Assembly (NCBI GenBank): GCA_002269645.1
Contig: NIVC01001183.1
Span: 1 to 64,000, forward strand
From: Macrostomum lignano
Lineage: Eukaryota
Reading direction: 5' to 3'
DNA: 64,000 nucleotides
Positions 25,507-37,500 of the stretch are shown piece by piece; positions within the stretch are counted from its first letter, which is position 1, and each line of letters begins with the position of its first letter. Made by a program: the position numbers and the translations under genes. The notes beneath the pieces were generated by a model, which worked only from the letters and a program-made list of their open reading frames with translations, was not told where the DNA came from and made no database searches.

Positions 25507-28500
25507 TTATACTTCGCTAGACACAAGCGGCGAACTCTTTGATGTCGACATTTTTGTCGCCTGACGCGCGCCTGGTCGGTTGCCGGCCGCAGAAGACGCC
25601 GCCGCAGCCCCGGCCGCGTCGCTATTTGCCCCGCCGCTGCTGGAGCCGCTGGCGCCGCTGAATGTCCGCCTGTGCTGCTGGTGCTTCATGCCCTTCGGCT
25701 TGCTTGGTCGATCGGACGGCGCCTGGCGAGAGTAATGACCGTTGAAGTCGATTCGGGTGCTGAGGAAGCGGAGGCTGTAGTCGGCGTGAGAGTCCAGCCT
25801 GCGCAGGAAGCTGGTGACCAGGTCCCAGTAGGACTGCTGGATCACCTTCAGCTGCGAGTCGAATTTTGACAGCGACTTGTCGTCGAAAACGCGGCGCCTG
25901 GCGCGTTCAGCTTCTTCGCGCTCGGCACCGAGGCCCCACTTGCCTGTGCAATGATTGATTGACGATTATTAGCTAGGGGAAATGCATGGAAAGGGGAAGA
26001 GGGGAAATCTTTCTTTACATTGGCGACCACGCCAGGACCAGAATTCACATATTTTACTCTGCTGGAACTTCTGTGACAGTATATCAATCAATCAATAATA
26101 TTATAATATTTATTTAATGACCAATATTTGTTGCATTAAAATATATCTTCTCTATTGTGAATTTGATTTTTATATAGTGGCCTAATACCAATGGAAATGC
26201 CAATGGCCAATATTACTTGCTATTTTGATCTAATTTTGTAACATGCTCTGTGTTGGTTAGAATTTTAAGATTGCTTTATTAATTAGGTTAAGCAGTAGCT
26301 TTGTAGGTCTATTTATCAATTAAGAGTCACTAATTGACCAAGCTGTGCCTAGTAGTGGATTACACCAACCTCTACTCAATGCCAACTCAGATGATGTTGG
26401 AGATGCTAGTGCTGCATGGCAAAGTCAAAGGTCACAAAATCAGAATGGCAATAGTTCTGAGAATGTTGTTCCTTCACAGTTAGAATCTATTGATATGCTT
26501 GCAGCACATCATTTGCCTACTAACCAATTTCAAAATGATGGTAATCTCAATCATTCAAGTGGCGAGAGATTTGGAGAGAGTGATACAGACCTAGTTGGTA
26601 ATCATGTAGATTTGCCTCAAGCTCAGACAAATTCTGCAGCTCAAGCAGAGCAACCTGAACAAGCTAGACCTAGACTTCCAATTTATCCAAGTAGTAGACT
26701 TCTCCAATCTGACTTGGAGTGGGCTCCACTTAGCCTAAATCCTAATAATCAACAAAATGTGGTAGAGATGCCAAGACTAGCCAACCTAGGTCTACCACAG
26801 GTTTAGTCCCAGTTGCCAATGCCATCTATTCAAAAACCATTTATGTTTGATGGCAAAGAAGAACTTAGTACCTTTGTAGCTAGAGTAGACAATTACATTA
26901 GCAAATTCCCTAATCAGCCAGACATAGTAAAAATCAGGACTATGGCTGCATTTTTAGGACCTGCTTTCCTAACCTATCAGGCTTGGTTAGCCAATCAATG
27001 TGCAATGCACAGCAAGCCTTCTGGTACTCCTCTTGACCAACTACCAGCTGCCACTTATTCCTCACTTTTGCAGTTCTTGTCTAGCCGTCATGGTAGCCAA
27101 AAGAGCTTGACTACATTACGCCGAAAATTGCGTACTCGAACACGTCAAGACAATGAAACTTTTGAGCAATTCTTGGCTAGTTTGCAGAATTTGGCAACCA
27201 AGGCCTATCCTGAGGATGGATTTAGTCAGATTATTCAGGACCAGATTCTTGACCAGTTCATCCTAGGTGTCAATGACCCTAAGGTTACAGAGCATTTATC
27301 CAACATGCTGGAGGTTTCATCCCCAGAACAAGCTCTTAGAATTGCCAACAACTTAGAGAGACAAGAAGGCTAGTTCAAAGCCAGGGTCCTCTAGGTCAGG
27401 CCAGTGTCAAGTCCAAGTCAAACCTGATGGCTGGTAACCAGACCCAGTACTGCCAAACAGTTGGCCAGAAGGCACCTGAACCTACTATCCAGAAATCCAA
27501 GGTAAATCCAACCCAGAGGCATATTGAACCTCAGAGGTTTCCTCCAAATAGTGGTGCACCTGTGCCAAATCTGATGACAGTCCAGAGTCCAAACATTCAC
27601 CTGGGACAGCAGTCAAACTTTCCAACAGGCCAATCTGGCAGAGTTTGCTTCAAGCGCAGACAGCCAAGACACCTGAAGCGGAACTGCCCAAACGGCAACA
27701 TGGCTGGATCAGGGGGCAGATTCCCGCCAGGACCTCATATGGCCCCACAGCTCTGAAGGATGTAATTGAGGAAGTCGAAGAATGCAATTTAGAACAATTT
27801 ACTAGTAGGGTAGAGAGAATTAACCTTAGTTTAGATTTTTATAAAGGCATGTATGTGTCAGCTAGCGTCTTTTCTAAGAAAGTTTCTTGTCTTGTAGATA
27901 CAGGTTCTAGTGTTACCATAGTTTCAAGCAGCATTATTAATCAGCCTAGATCAAATCTCACTAAAACAGATGTTCAGCTTACAGTAGCCAATGGAAACAA
28001 TCTAAAGGTCTTAGGAAAGAAACTAGTCACTTTCTCGTTTGGTCAGCTTAGTTTTGTGCAGGAGGTATTTGTCTGCAGCAATGTCCAACAGAATGTGGTT
28101 ATAGGCTTAGACTTTATGCAGCAATTTAACGTGTCTGTACATCCAGCACAAGGCATAATTACTTTTAATAACCTAAACAAATCAATTCCAGTCAGAAAAA
28201 CTTTAGAAATTCCTAAGTTCCAACTTCTTGCTGTCGCAGAGACCATATCTATTCCTCCAGGTCAAACTGTTCAATTATCGCTGAAGCCTAAAGAATCAGG
28301 TGCATCCTTGGCACCAGGTTTAATAGAGCCAAATCATCGTGTTCCAGGTCTATTAGTAGCTAGAGGTATCGATTTACTTAGAGAGGAAGGAATGTAGACC
28401 AGAGTGGCTAATGTAAACGTAGATAGAGAACTTATACTACGAGCAGGAAGTACTCGTAGTATTAGAAAGTTTACTCCATTCGATCAGAAAGGTCAGGTAT

Positions 28501-31500
28501 GCATTGCAGGAGAAAGTTTAGATTCTAGGCAGGGTGCAGCGAGCAGCGCTAGTGAAAAAGAGAGTTCATTAGAGAGTGAAAGTACTCAGGGAGGAAGTGA
28601 GGTCAAGTTTAACATTTCAAAAGATTTGTCAGCAGATGAGATTGAGGAAGTAGGAAGAGTTTTAAAAGAGTTCGAATGTGTCTTTGCTTCAGATGGTAAC
28701 TTAGGTAGAACAGATTTGCTAAAGCACAAGATAGATACCGGAAGTGCATTGCCGGTCAAAGAGACGTCAAGACGCACGAATTTGCCGACGATTAATGAGC
28801 AGAAGAAGATTATAGATAGCATGTTGCAAGACAATGTGATCGTTTCATCAGCATCTCCATGGGCAGCAGCTGTAGTCTTAGTGCGAAAGAAAGATGGAAC
28901 TTTTAGATTCTGTGTAGATTATAGGAAGCTTAATGCTGTTACCAAGGCAGACGCCTATCCATTGCCAAGAATTGATGATACCTTAGATGCTCTAGCTAGT
29001 AATGTTTATTTTTCTGTTATGGACATGCAGTCAGGTTATTGGCAGGTAGAACTTGATCAAGAGGACAGTGAAAAGACCGCATTTCTGTGCCATCACGGTC
29101 TTTATCAGTTTCGTGTCATGCCATTTGGTCTGAAAAATGCTCCAGCAACCTTTCAACGACTGATGGATATGGTGCTGCGAGGGCTGAAGTGGGAAGCATG
29201 TCTAGTCTATATAGACGACATTGTATTCATGGGAAGGTCATTAGAAGAGCACAATAACCACCTTGCTAAAGTCTTCCGCCGTCTAAAAGAAGCTAATCTT
29301 AGATTAAAGCCAAGTAAATGTGTATTCGCTTCTAAGTCAATAAAGATCCTAGGTCATAAAATTACTCCAGAAGGTACCTCTGTTGATGAGGAGAAAATTC
29401 ATGCAGTTCGTGAGTGGCCTCGACCACAGACGGTGAAAGATGTACAGAGCTTCTTGGGCCTTGCATCTTATTACCGAAGGTTTATTAAAGGTTTTTCCTC
29501 CATAGCCGAACCGTTGCGCCGAATCACTCTAAAAAACCAGCAGTTTGCTTGGTCTGGTGAGCAGGAACTGAGTTTTAATACTTTAAAGCAATGCCTAACC
29601 TCGGCACCAGTCTTAGCTCTACCTGAAACTGCAAGTGGTAGCAGCCAGTTTATATTAGATACAGATGCTAGTGGTTTTGGCATAGGCTGTGTCCTGTCTA
29701 AGGTGCAAAGAGGACAAGAGAAAGTAATTGCTTATAGCAGCCGCGCTTTAAATGCAGCAGAGAGAAATTACTGTGTCACTAGAAGAGAGCTGCTAGCAGT
29801 TGTAGAATCTTGCAAAAGTTTAGGTCATATCTCGCAGGTCATAAATTCCAAGTTAGAGTTGACCACGCTGCCTTAACTCACCTGCTAGGCTTTAAAGAGC
29901 CAACCGGTCAGCTAGCAAGGTGGCTGGAAGCGTTGCAAGAGTTTGATCTTGAAGTGGTCCATCGTCCAGGTAGAACGCATGCCAATGCAGATGCACTTTC
30001 GCGTTGTCCAAGATTTTGTGAAGCGTGTCGTCCGGAGACGCCAGGCAAGACAGATGCAGAATGTCAGACGGATAGCGCTAGGTACAGAGCAGGTAGAGTG
30101 TAATGCAGTAGGTGCGACTAGAAGGAAACAGCAGCTTGAGGCACGCGCATCTGATGGTGAAGAGTCCGACACCGAAGGTGATGGTAGTGAAGCTGAGATG
30201 GAGGAAGATGAAAAATCGATGAGAACATTACAGTTAAAGGATGGTGGTATTAGTCCAGTATTTCGAAAGCTAGCGAGAGGTGAGACTGTTCTAATGGAAG
30301 ACGAAAAGGCCAAAATGTCACCAGAAAGTCTTGTTTTGATGAGTAAGGTTGATGATTTGTGCTTCGTAAATGGTATTATGCATCGATTAGTTAAAACAAA
30401 ACCAGTTCTATTTTTGCCGTCTGAAAGACGACGTGAGGTGATCGAGGAAATTCATGCCCAAGGTCATTTTGGGGTGGCTAAGACGACAGAAGCAATAAAG
30501 CAGCGGTTCTACTGGCCGAAGATGACGGATGATGTGAACCTGTGTGCAAGGGAGTGTATTCAGTGCCAGCGGGCGAAGCCAACGTCAGCTGCCAAAGCCC
30601 CACTCCGGCCGATGCCATCAGGATTTCCGATGCAGAGAGTGGCCATCGATGTCGTTAAAATTGCCACGTCCCGTCACGGCAACGACCGATTATTGACAAT
30701 CATCGATTATTTTAGTAAATGGGTCGAACTCTTACCACTACCCGATGAGAAGGCCGCAACGATTGCGAACGCACTGTTTACGCACTGGATCAGTCGGTAT
30801 GGTGCGCCGCACGTTTTACATTCGGATCGAGGGCAGAACATTGACGGCAAGATCATTAGAAACCTGTGTAAGATCTTCGAAATTCAGAAAACTCGAACGA
30901 CAGCATTCCATCCGCAATGTGACGGCCTGGTAGAGCGTTTTCATCGCACTCTCCATGGCGTGCTGAGATGCTACCTTCAGAAAGTCGAACCCGAAAACTG
31001 GGAGGACGTCATCCCGCACTGCCTGATGGCCTACCGAAGCTCTGTTAGCGCATCGACTGGTTTTACGCCGCACTTCGTTCTGACTGGTTGTGAAATGGTG
31101 TTGCCGATCGATTTAGTTTATAGAGAGCCGGAGCCTGCCCTGACACCTGCTTCGTTCGCTCAGGACACGAAAGAACGGTTGATTGAGGCGTACGAATCGA
31201 TCAGGAAGACCACCAAGGCCGTTCAGCGAATTCAAAAGAAATTTTACGATCGTAAAGTGAAGAAGATTAAGTTTGCTGAGAATACGTTGGTATAGATATT
31301 CACGCCGCCACTGGCGCTCAGACAGCGTGACTCCAGATGGTCATATAAACACCACGCACCCTGGTCAGGACCTTACCGGGTGGTGCGAAGGACCTCGCCA
31401 GTGAATTATGAAGTAGTGAAGTTTTCGTGTCATGGTGAAGACCGAGGCCAGAAGAAAATTGTGCACGTGGGCGCGATGAAGTTGGTCGTGCAGCCTGCAA

Positions 31501-34500
31501 CTCGGCTGCCAGGTCTTTGGCAAGATGAGGTTGAAGCTGATGAATGAGTGTCGCAAAGTCGTCAAAAGAAGAGCCACTTAAAACAATCATAACAACTAAT
31601 AGCGTTTAGAAATATTGTCAGTTAGGGTTTTTTAGGTTAGGGATTATCTAGTCAATTAGGTCAGATTTATATGTATTTATGTCCCATTGCTAGTAATTAA
31701 CCTAGTTTCGTTCCAGGTTCGAACTTCGTTGCTTGACTTTGTATTAACTCGTTTCAAATACTGCATGATTAGTGTTTGATTATTGACTGAGCGTTGCTGC
31801 GTAGATTTGCCTTTTGTTTTATCACCTCAAACAAATACCATTTTCGATAGCGTTGTTCATGTTCGTGTTGTCGACTAGTTAAAAATATTCGTTTGAAATA
31901 TTTTAACCCCCAATTAATGCATTGTTTCTCTTTTCTGATATCTGCTGCACGCTTTTCTTTCGTTCGATAAAACCTATAATTGTTCGATTTTGTGCTAAGT
32001 TCGTATAATGTTCCTCTGTTATGTGCTGTGTCATTTATTTTGTTCGATATGATCGTAAATGTTGTTCGTATATCTCGATGTTGATCGGTTGACGATTGAT
32101 TTCGTTTACTATTTCGTTATATGTAATTTACAGACTTGTATGTTTTGTAGTCAAGTTTAGAGTACTCATTCATGTTAGATGTACTTCTTAATGTATGTAC
32201 TGTTACATTTAAAGCATTTCCTTTGGTTGTGTTGCGGAGGTGAGCTGCTACCGCAGGTGCATGTGCAGGAGTCGCAAGTCTGTGTTATCCCTGTCACGTT
32301 TCCCTGTTGGTTTGCTCCGCGGTTTGAAGCTTCGTTGCCTCAATGTTTCCCCGTCATTTCTTGGTCGTGGTGTACAACTTATGAGCGCATTTGATTCGCT
32401 TTCTGTGCTGGTGTGTCGCAGTTGCATTTTTCCAAGCGCATATTTTTGTGTTTGTCTTCGGTTAGAAATGTGCTGTTTGACATTGTTGCCCTTCCGTAGT
32501 CTGCTGTTCTGTTTCCCATCATATCCGTAACATTATTACATCTATTATGTGGTTAATGTATGCTCTTAGTGTATTGCAGTAGTATAATGAGGACATTGGC
32601 TTATTTTTCGCAGGGAGGGCATTTGTAATGAAATTATAGCTCGATTTTGAATCTTGTACTTTATTTAGAATTTCTTAGTTTTATATTGTATTTATATTAT
32701 TTTCCATTGCAGTAGTAATATTGTAGTAGTATATTCGTACGTTATCTACTTATTTTGATATAATTTAATTTATAAGAAATATATTCAAATGGGAAAGAGC
32801 GTCGCACTGGGGCACGGTTGGACGGTCAACTCGGGCTACTGGGTCGTGAGTCACAACGTAGCTTAGCGTCTTAACACTTAATATCAGCATTCATTAGCCA
32901 TAGATTAGCAATCCACAGAGCCATAGATTAGCAATCCACAGAGCCATAGATTAGCAATCCACAGAGCCATAGATTAGCAATCCACAGAACCATAGATTAG
33001 CAATCCACAGAACCATAGATTAGCAATCCACAGAACCATAGATTACCAATCCACAGAGCCATAGATTAGCAATCCACAGAACCATAGATTAGCAATCCAC
33101 AGAACCATAGATTAGCAATCCACAAAACCATTGATTAGCAATCCACAGAGCCATTGATTAGCAATCCACAGAGCCATAGATTAGCAATCCACAGAACCAT
33201 AGATTAGCAATCCACAGAACCATAGATTAGCAATCCACAGAACCATAGATTACCAATCCACAGAGCCATAGATTAGCAATCCACAGAACCATAGATTAGC
33301 AATCCACAGAACCATAGATTAGCAATCCACAAAACCATTGATTAGCAATCCACAGAGCCATTGATTAGCAATCCACAGAACCATAGATTAGCAATCCACA
33401 GAACCATAGATTAGCAATCCACAGAACCATAGATTAGCAATCAACAGAACCATAGATTAGCAATCCACAGAACCATAGATTAGTAATCCACAGAGCCATA
33501 GATTAGCAATCCACAGAGCCATAGATTAGCAATCCACAGAACCATAGATTAGCAATCCACAGAACCATAGATTAGCAATCCACAAAACCATTGATTAGCA
33601 ATCCACAGAGCCATAGATTAGCAATCCACAGAACCATAGATTAGCAATCCACAGAACCATAGATTAGCAATCCACAGAGCCATAGATTAGCAATCCACAG
33701 AACCATAGATTAGCAATCCACAGAACCATAGATTAGTAATCCACAGAGCCATAGATTAGCAATCCACAGAACCATAGATTAGCAATCAACAGAACCATAG
33801 ATTAGCAATCCACAGAACCATAGATTAGTAATCCACAGAGCCATAGATTAGCAATCCACAGAACCATAGATTAGCAATCCACAAAACCATAGATTAGCAA
33901 TCCACAGAGCCATAGATTAGCAATCCACAGAACCATAGATTAGCAATCCACAGAGCCATAGATTAGCAATCCACAGAGCCATTGATTAGCAATCCACAGA
34001 GCCATTGATTAGCAATCCACAGAACCATAGATTAGCAATCCACAAAACCATAGATTAGCAATCCACAGAGCCATAGATTAGCAATCCACAGAACCATAGA
34101 TTAGCAATCCACAGAGCCATAGATTAGCAATCCACAGAGCCATTGATTAGCAATCCACAGAGCCATTGATTAGCAATCCACAGAGCCATAGATTAGCAAT
34201 CCACAGAGCCATAGATTAGCAATCCAGAGCCATAGATTAGCAATCCACAGAGCCATAGATTAGCAATCCACAGAGCCATAGATTAGCAATTCACAGAGCC
34301 ATAGATTAGCAATCCACAGAGCCATAGATTAGCAATCCACAGAGCCATAGATTAGCAAACCTTCAGCCCCAAATGTATATAAATCAGCAATCAGCTCACC
34401 AGCTTTGGTAGCCCTCTCAGTCTCATCCTCGAACCGATCCCGGATAGCCGCCTCCTCGCTAAGCGCATCGAACATTGCCCCCAGTGCGTGCTCATACTGG

Positions 34501-37500
34501 ATGATAAGGTCGAACACCGCCCGCAGTTGGGTGAGAATCTCCCTAGATCGCTCGTCTAGCAGGCACCTAGTGACTACGGTTGCTAGGAAACGCTGATGAG
34601 CTCCGATTACGGCGTCTAGATCGCAGGCTCCTTTAACGGCGGCCAGCAGGTCAAGCCAGGCGCATTCCAACGTCTCGAAGCTGACGTAGTACTGGAACTG
34701 TTGCACAAAGTGGGCCATCTCGTGGCCAATCAGCTGGCAGCGATGCAGCAGGCCGCCAGCCCGCGGCATCCTGGCGGCCAGCCGGCGGCCCTCGGACACG
34801 CTCTTGCGGGACAGCCCGGCCAGGATGTGCTCCATGCGTTTGGAGCGCCACAAAAAGTTGAACGCTCGCAAATAGGAAGTTAAGCATTCGTCTGTGAGCA
34901 CTGTGCTCAATGGGCCGTCTACGTTGTAGTAGAGTGAGAACACGTCCCAGCCGGTGTCGCCAGGGGACACGTCCAGCTTGCGGACATCCAGCCTGTGGAT
35001 TTTGTGTGGCGGGAACGGGAGATTTGGGTGAGATTTTGGTAGCTTGGGTGAGATTCTGGTAGCATGGGTGAGATTTTGATAGCTTGGGTGAGATTTTGGT
35101 AGCTTTGGTGAGATTTTGATAGCTTGGGTGAGATTTTGGTAGCTTGGGTTAGATTTTGATAGCTTGGGTGAGATTTTGGTAGCTTGGGTTAGATTTTGCT
35201 GGCATGGGTGAGATTTTTATATTTTGGGATGCCCGTCTCCCGATTTTGCAGGCGACGTTCCTTATTGAGAGATTTTGATTCCTTAGCAAAGAGATTCGAA
35301 GCAAATCAATTAAAAACAAGCAACGCCCACCTCTCAATAATGTAACTGGGCTCAAACTGAGCATTGGTGGCCCGCTTAGCAGTCTCAAGAATGCCGAACA
35401 GATTGTGAGCGTACAGCTGGCCAGCTGGCAGGGACAGATCCGCCTCCAGCAGGTCCATCAGGTGGCAGATGAAATCGCCCTGACCAAGCAGCAGGTAGCG
35501 GCGCAGCGCTTTGAGGTGATCAATAAAATGATACTTGGTGAACAGGATGCGCAACAGATGCTGACTGGCGTCTCTGTAAGTGTCCGATACCATTCGATCA
35601 AAGCTGGGATCGAGGGTCTGGCTCAGCATAGCGTGCGGCGACGGCAACGCCACGGTTTTGCTGGACTGCGGGCGTAGACTTTGCAGCCGGCGCTCGCCGC
35701 ACACTAAGCGCAGGAAATTGATGGCCTTGCCAGTTAGTAGAATCTTTCTGGCCTGTTCAGCCGTGATGAATCTAAAATTAAAATAGCATTTGTGTCGCGG
35801 TGGCCTACTTATAGTAGAAAGTAAAACATTTTACAGAAATGTTCCATAATAATATAATACTCTATTTTTTGTGTTTATAATTATAGTATAAATAGGGGAA
35901 TTTAGTACCTAATCATTGAAGAATAGATAGGGGAATTTAGCACTCAGTTACTTATGAACAGAAAGGGGAATTTAGCACTCAGTTACTGATGAACAGAAAG
36001 GGGAATTTAGAACACAGTTACTGATGAACAGAAAGGGGAATTTAGTACTTGTTAATGATGAACGGAAAGGGGAATTTAGTACTCAGTTACTGATGAACAG
36101 AAAGGGGAATTTAGAACACAGTTACTGATGAACAGAAAGGGGAATTTAGTACTTGTTACTGATGAACAGAAAGGGGAATTTAGCACTCAGTTACTGATGA
36201 ACAGAAAGGGGAATTTAGAACACAGTTACTGATGAACAGAAAGGGGAATTTAGTACTTGTTATTGATGAACGGAAAGGGGAATTTAGTACTCAGTTACTG
36301 ATGAACAGAAAGGGGAATTTAGAACACAGTTACTGATGAACAGAAAGGGGAATTTAGTACTTGTTACTGATGAACAGAAAGGGGAATTTAGCACTCAGTT
36401 ACTGATGAACAGAAAGGGGAATTTAGCACTCAGTTACTGATGAACAGAAAGGGGAATTTAGAACACAGTTACTGATGAACAGAAAGGGGAATTTAGTACT
36501 TGTTACTGATGAACAGAAAGGGGAATTTAGCACTCAGTTACTGATGAACAGAAAGGGGAATTTAGAACACAGTTACTGATGAACAGAAAGGGGAATTTAG
36601 TACTTGTTATTGATGAACGGAAAGGGGAATTTAGTACTCAGTTACTGATGAACAGAAAGGGGAATTTAGCACTCAGTTACTAATGAACAGAAAGGGGAAT
36701 TTAGAACTCAGTTACTAATGAACAGAAAGGGGAATTTAGAACTCAGTTACTGAACAGAAAGGGGAATTTAGCACTCAGTTACTAATGAACAGGGGGAATT
36801 TAGCAGCCTATGGAATAGCCCAAAACAGCATAAATTACCTGGGAATCATATTCTTCCTCAGAGTGTACTTGCTCTGCCACAGTCTATCGGCACCCACCGT
36901 AGGGTTGGCTGCCACAAAGAACTCCTGGCAGGTGTCCTCCAACTCGCCGTCAAGAATCCATCTGCACACGGTGTGAAACAGCGGCTTGCACACCTCAGTG
37001 AGCAGATGCGCTACCGTGGCCTCAATCTCCGGGTTGCCATGGAAACGCCAGGCGTAAATCTCGGACACTAATGCGCCGCCTTTCTTAGTGCGGCAAGCGT
37101 CCACCAGACCGGCTAGCAGACGCAGCCTCTGATGAGGCTCGGACACCCAGACAGCCAGCCGCTTCAAAGTCATGCCGGACGGCTCGCAGACGGCCGGATC
37201 GGCCGAGTCCTCCTGTCCGGCCAGCTGGGACTCGATGGCGGCCAACAGTTCGCAGAATCGCTTGAGCTGAGCGTGAAGAGCGGCGCAAAAACTCTGGCCA
37301 AGGCAGCCGAATGTGCGTTCGGACTTCTTGGCCTCAACAAATAATTTGATTTTCCGGTGCAGCCAACCGCATTCGGCGATCCACATGGCCGATTTTAGCG
37401 TGGATGGGGGCAGGCGGATCTGAGGGAGGCGGTTGTAAGTAGTAAGTAGCAGTAGTATATCAGATGGTCTTAAAGGGAATTTAGCCACTAACTGAAAATA

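Larger units (their letters stand above)
26021..32900 (+). mobile_element. Ty3/Gypsy LTR retrotransposon, defective: no 5' LTR, truncated 3' LTR, antisense inside the last GCP3 intron
   Basis: PBS at 26021. Gag (FDGKEELSTF; degenerate knuckle CFKRRQPRHLKRNC) ~26345-27750. Protease LVDTGSS ~27890. RT (SPWAAAVVLVRKKDG..RFCVDYRKLN, YIDD), RNase H (LDTDASGFGIG..IAYSSR) and integrase (H..GHFG..C..C, RVAIDV, LHSDRG, VERF, WSGPYRV at 31362) follow in Gypsy order. A purine tract gggagggcatt precedes TGT at 32624. In-frame stops and frameshifts are present. Confidence 0.95.

Noticed and set aside
26804-28397. Programmed stop-codon readthrough at the in-frame TAGs in gag/pol
   Set aside because: There are several stops at non-canonical positions, plus frameshifts and a broken zinc knuckle; decay is the simpler explanation.
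31500-32620. Possible env or third ORF in the Gypsy element
   Set aside because: The region is AT-rich, with only short ORFs and no signal peptide or fusion motifs.
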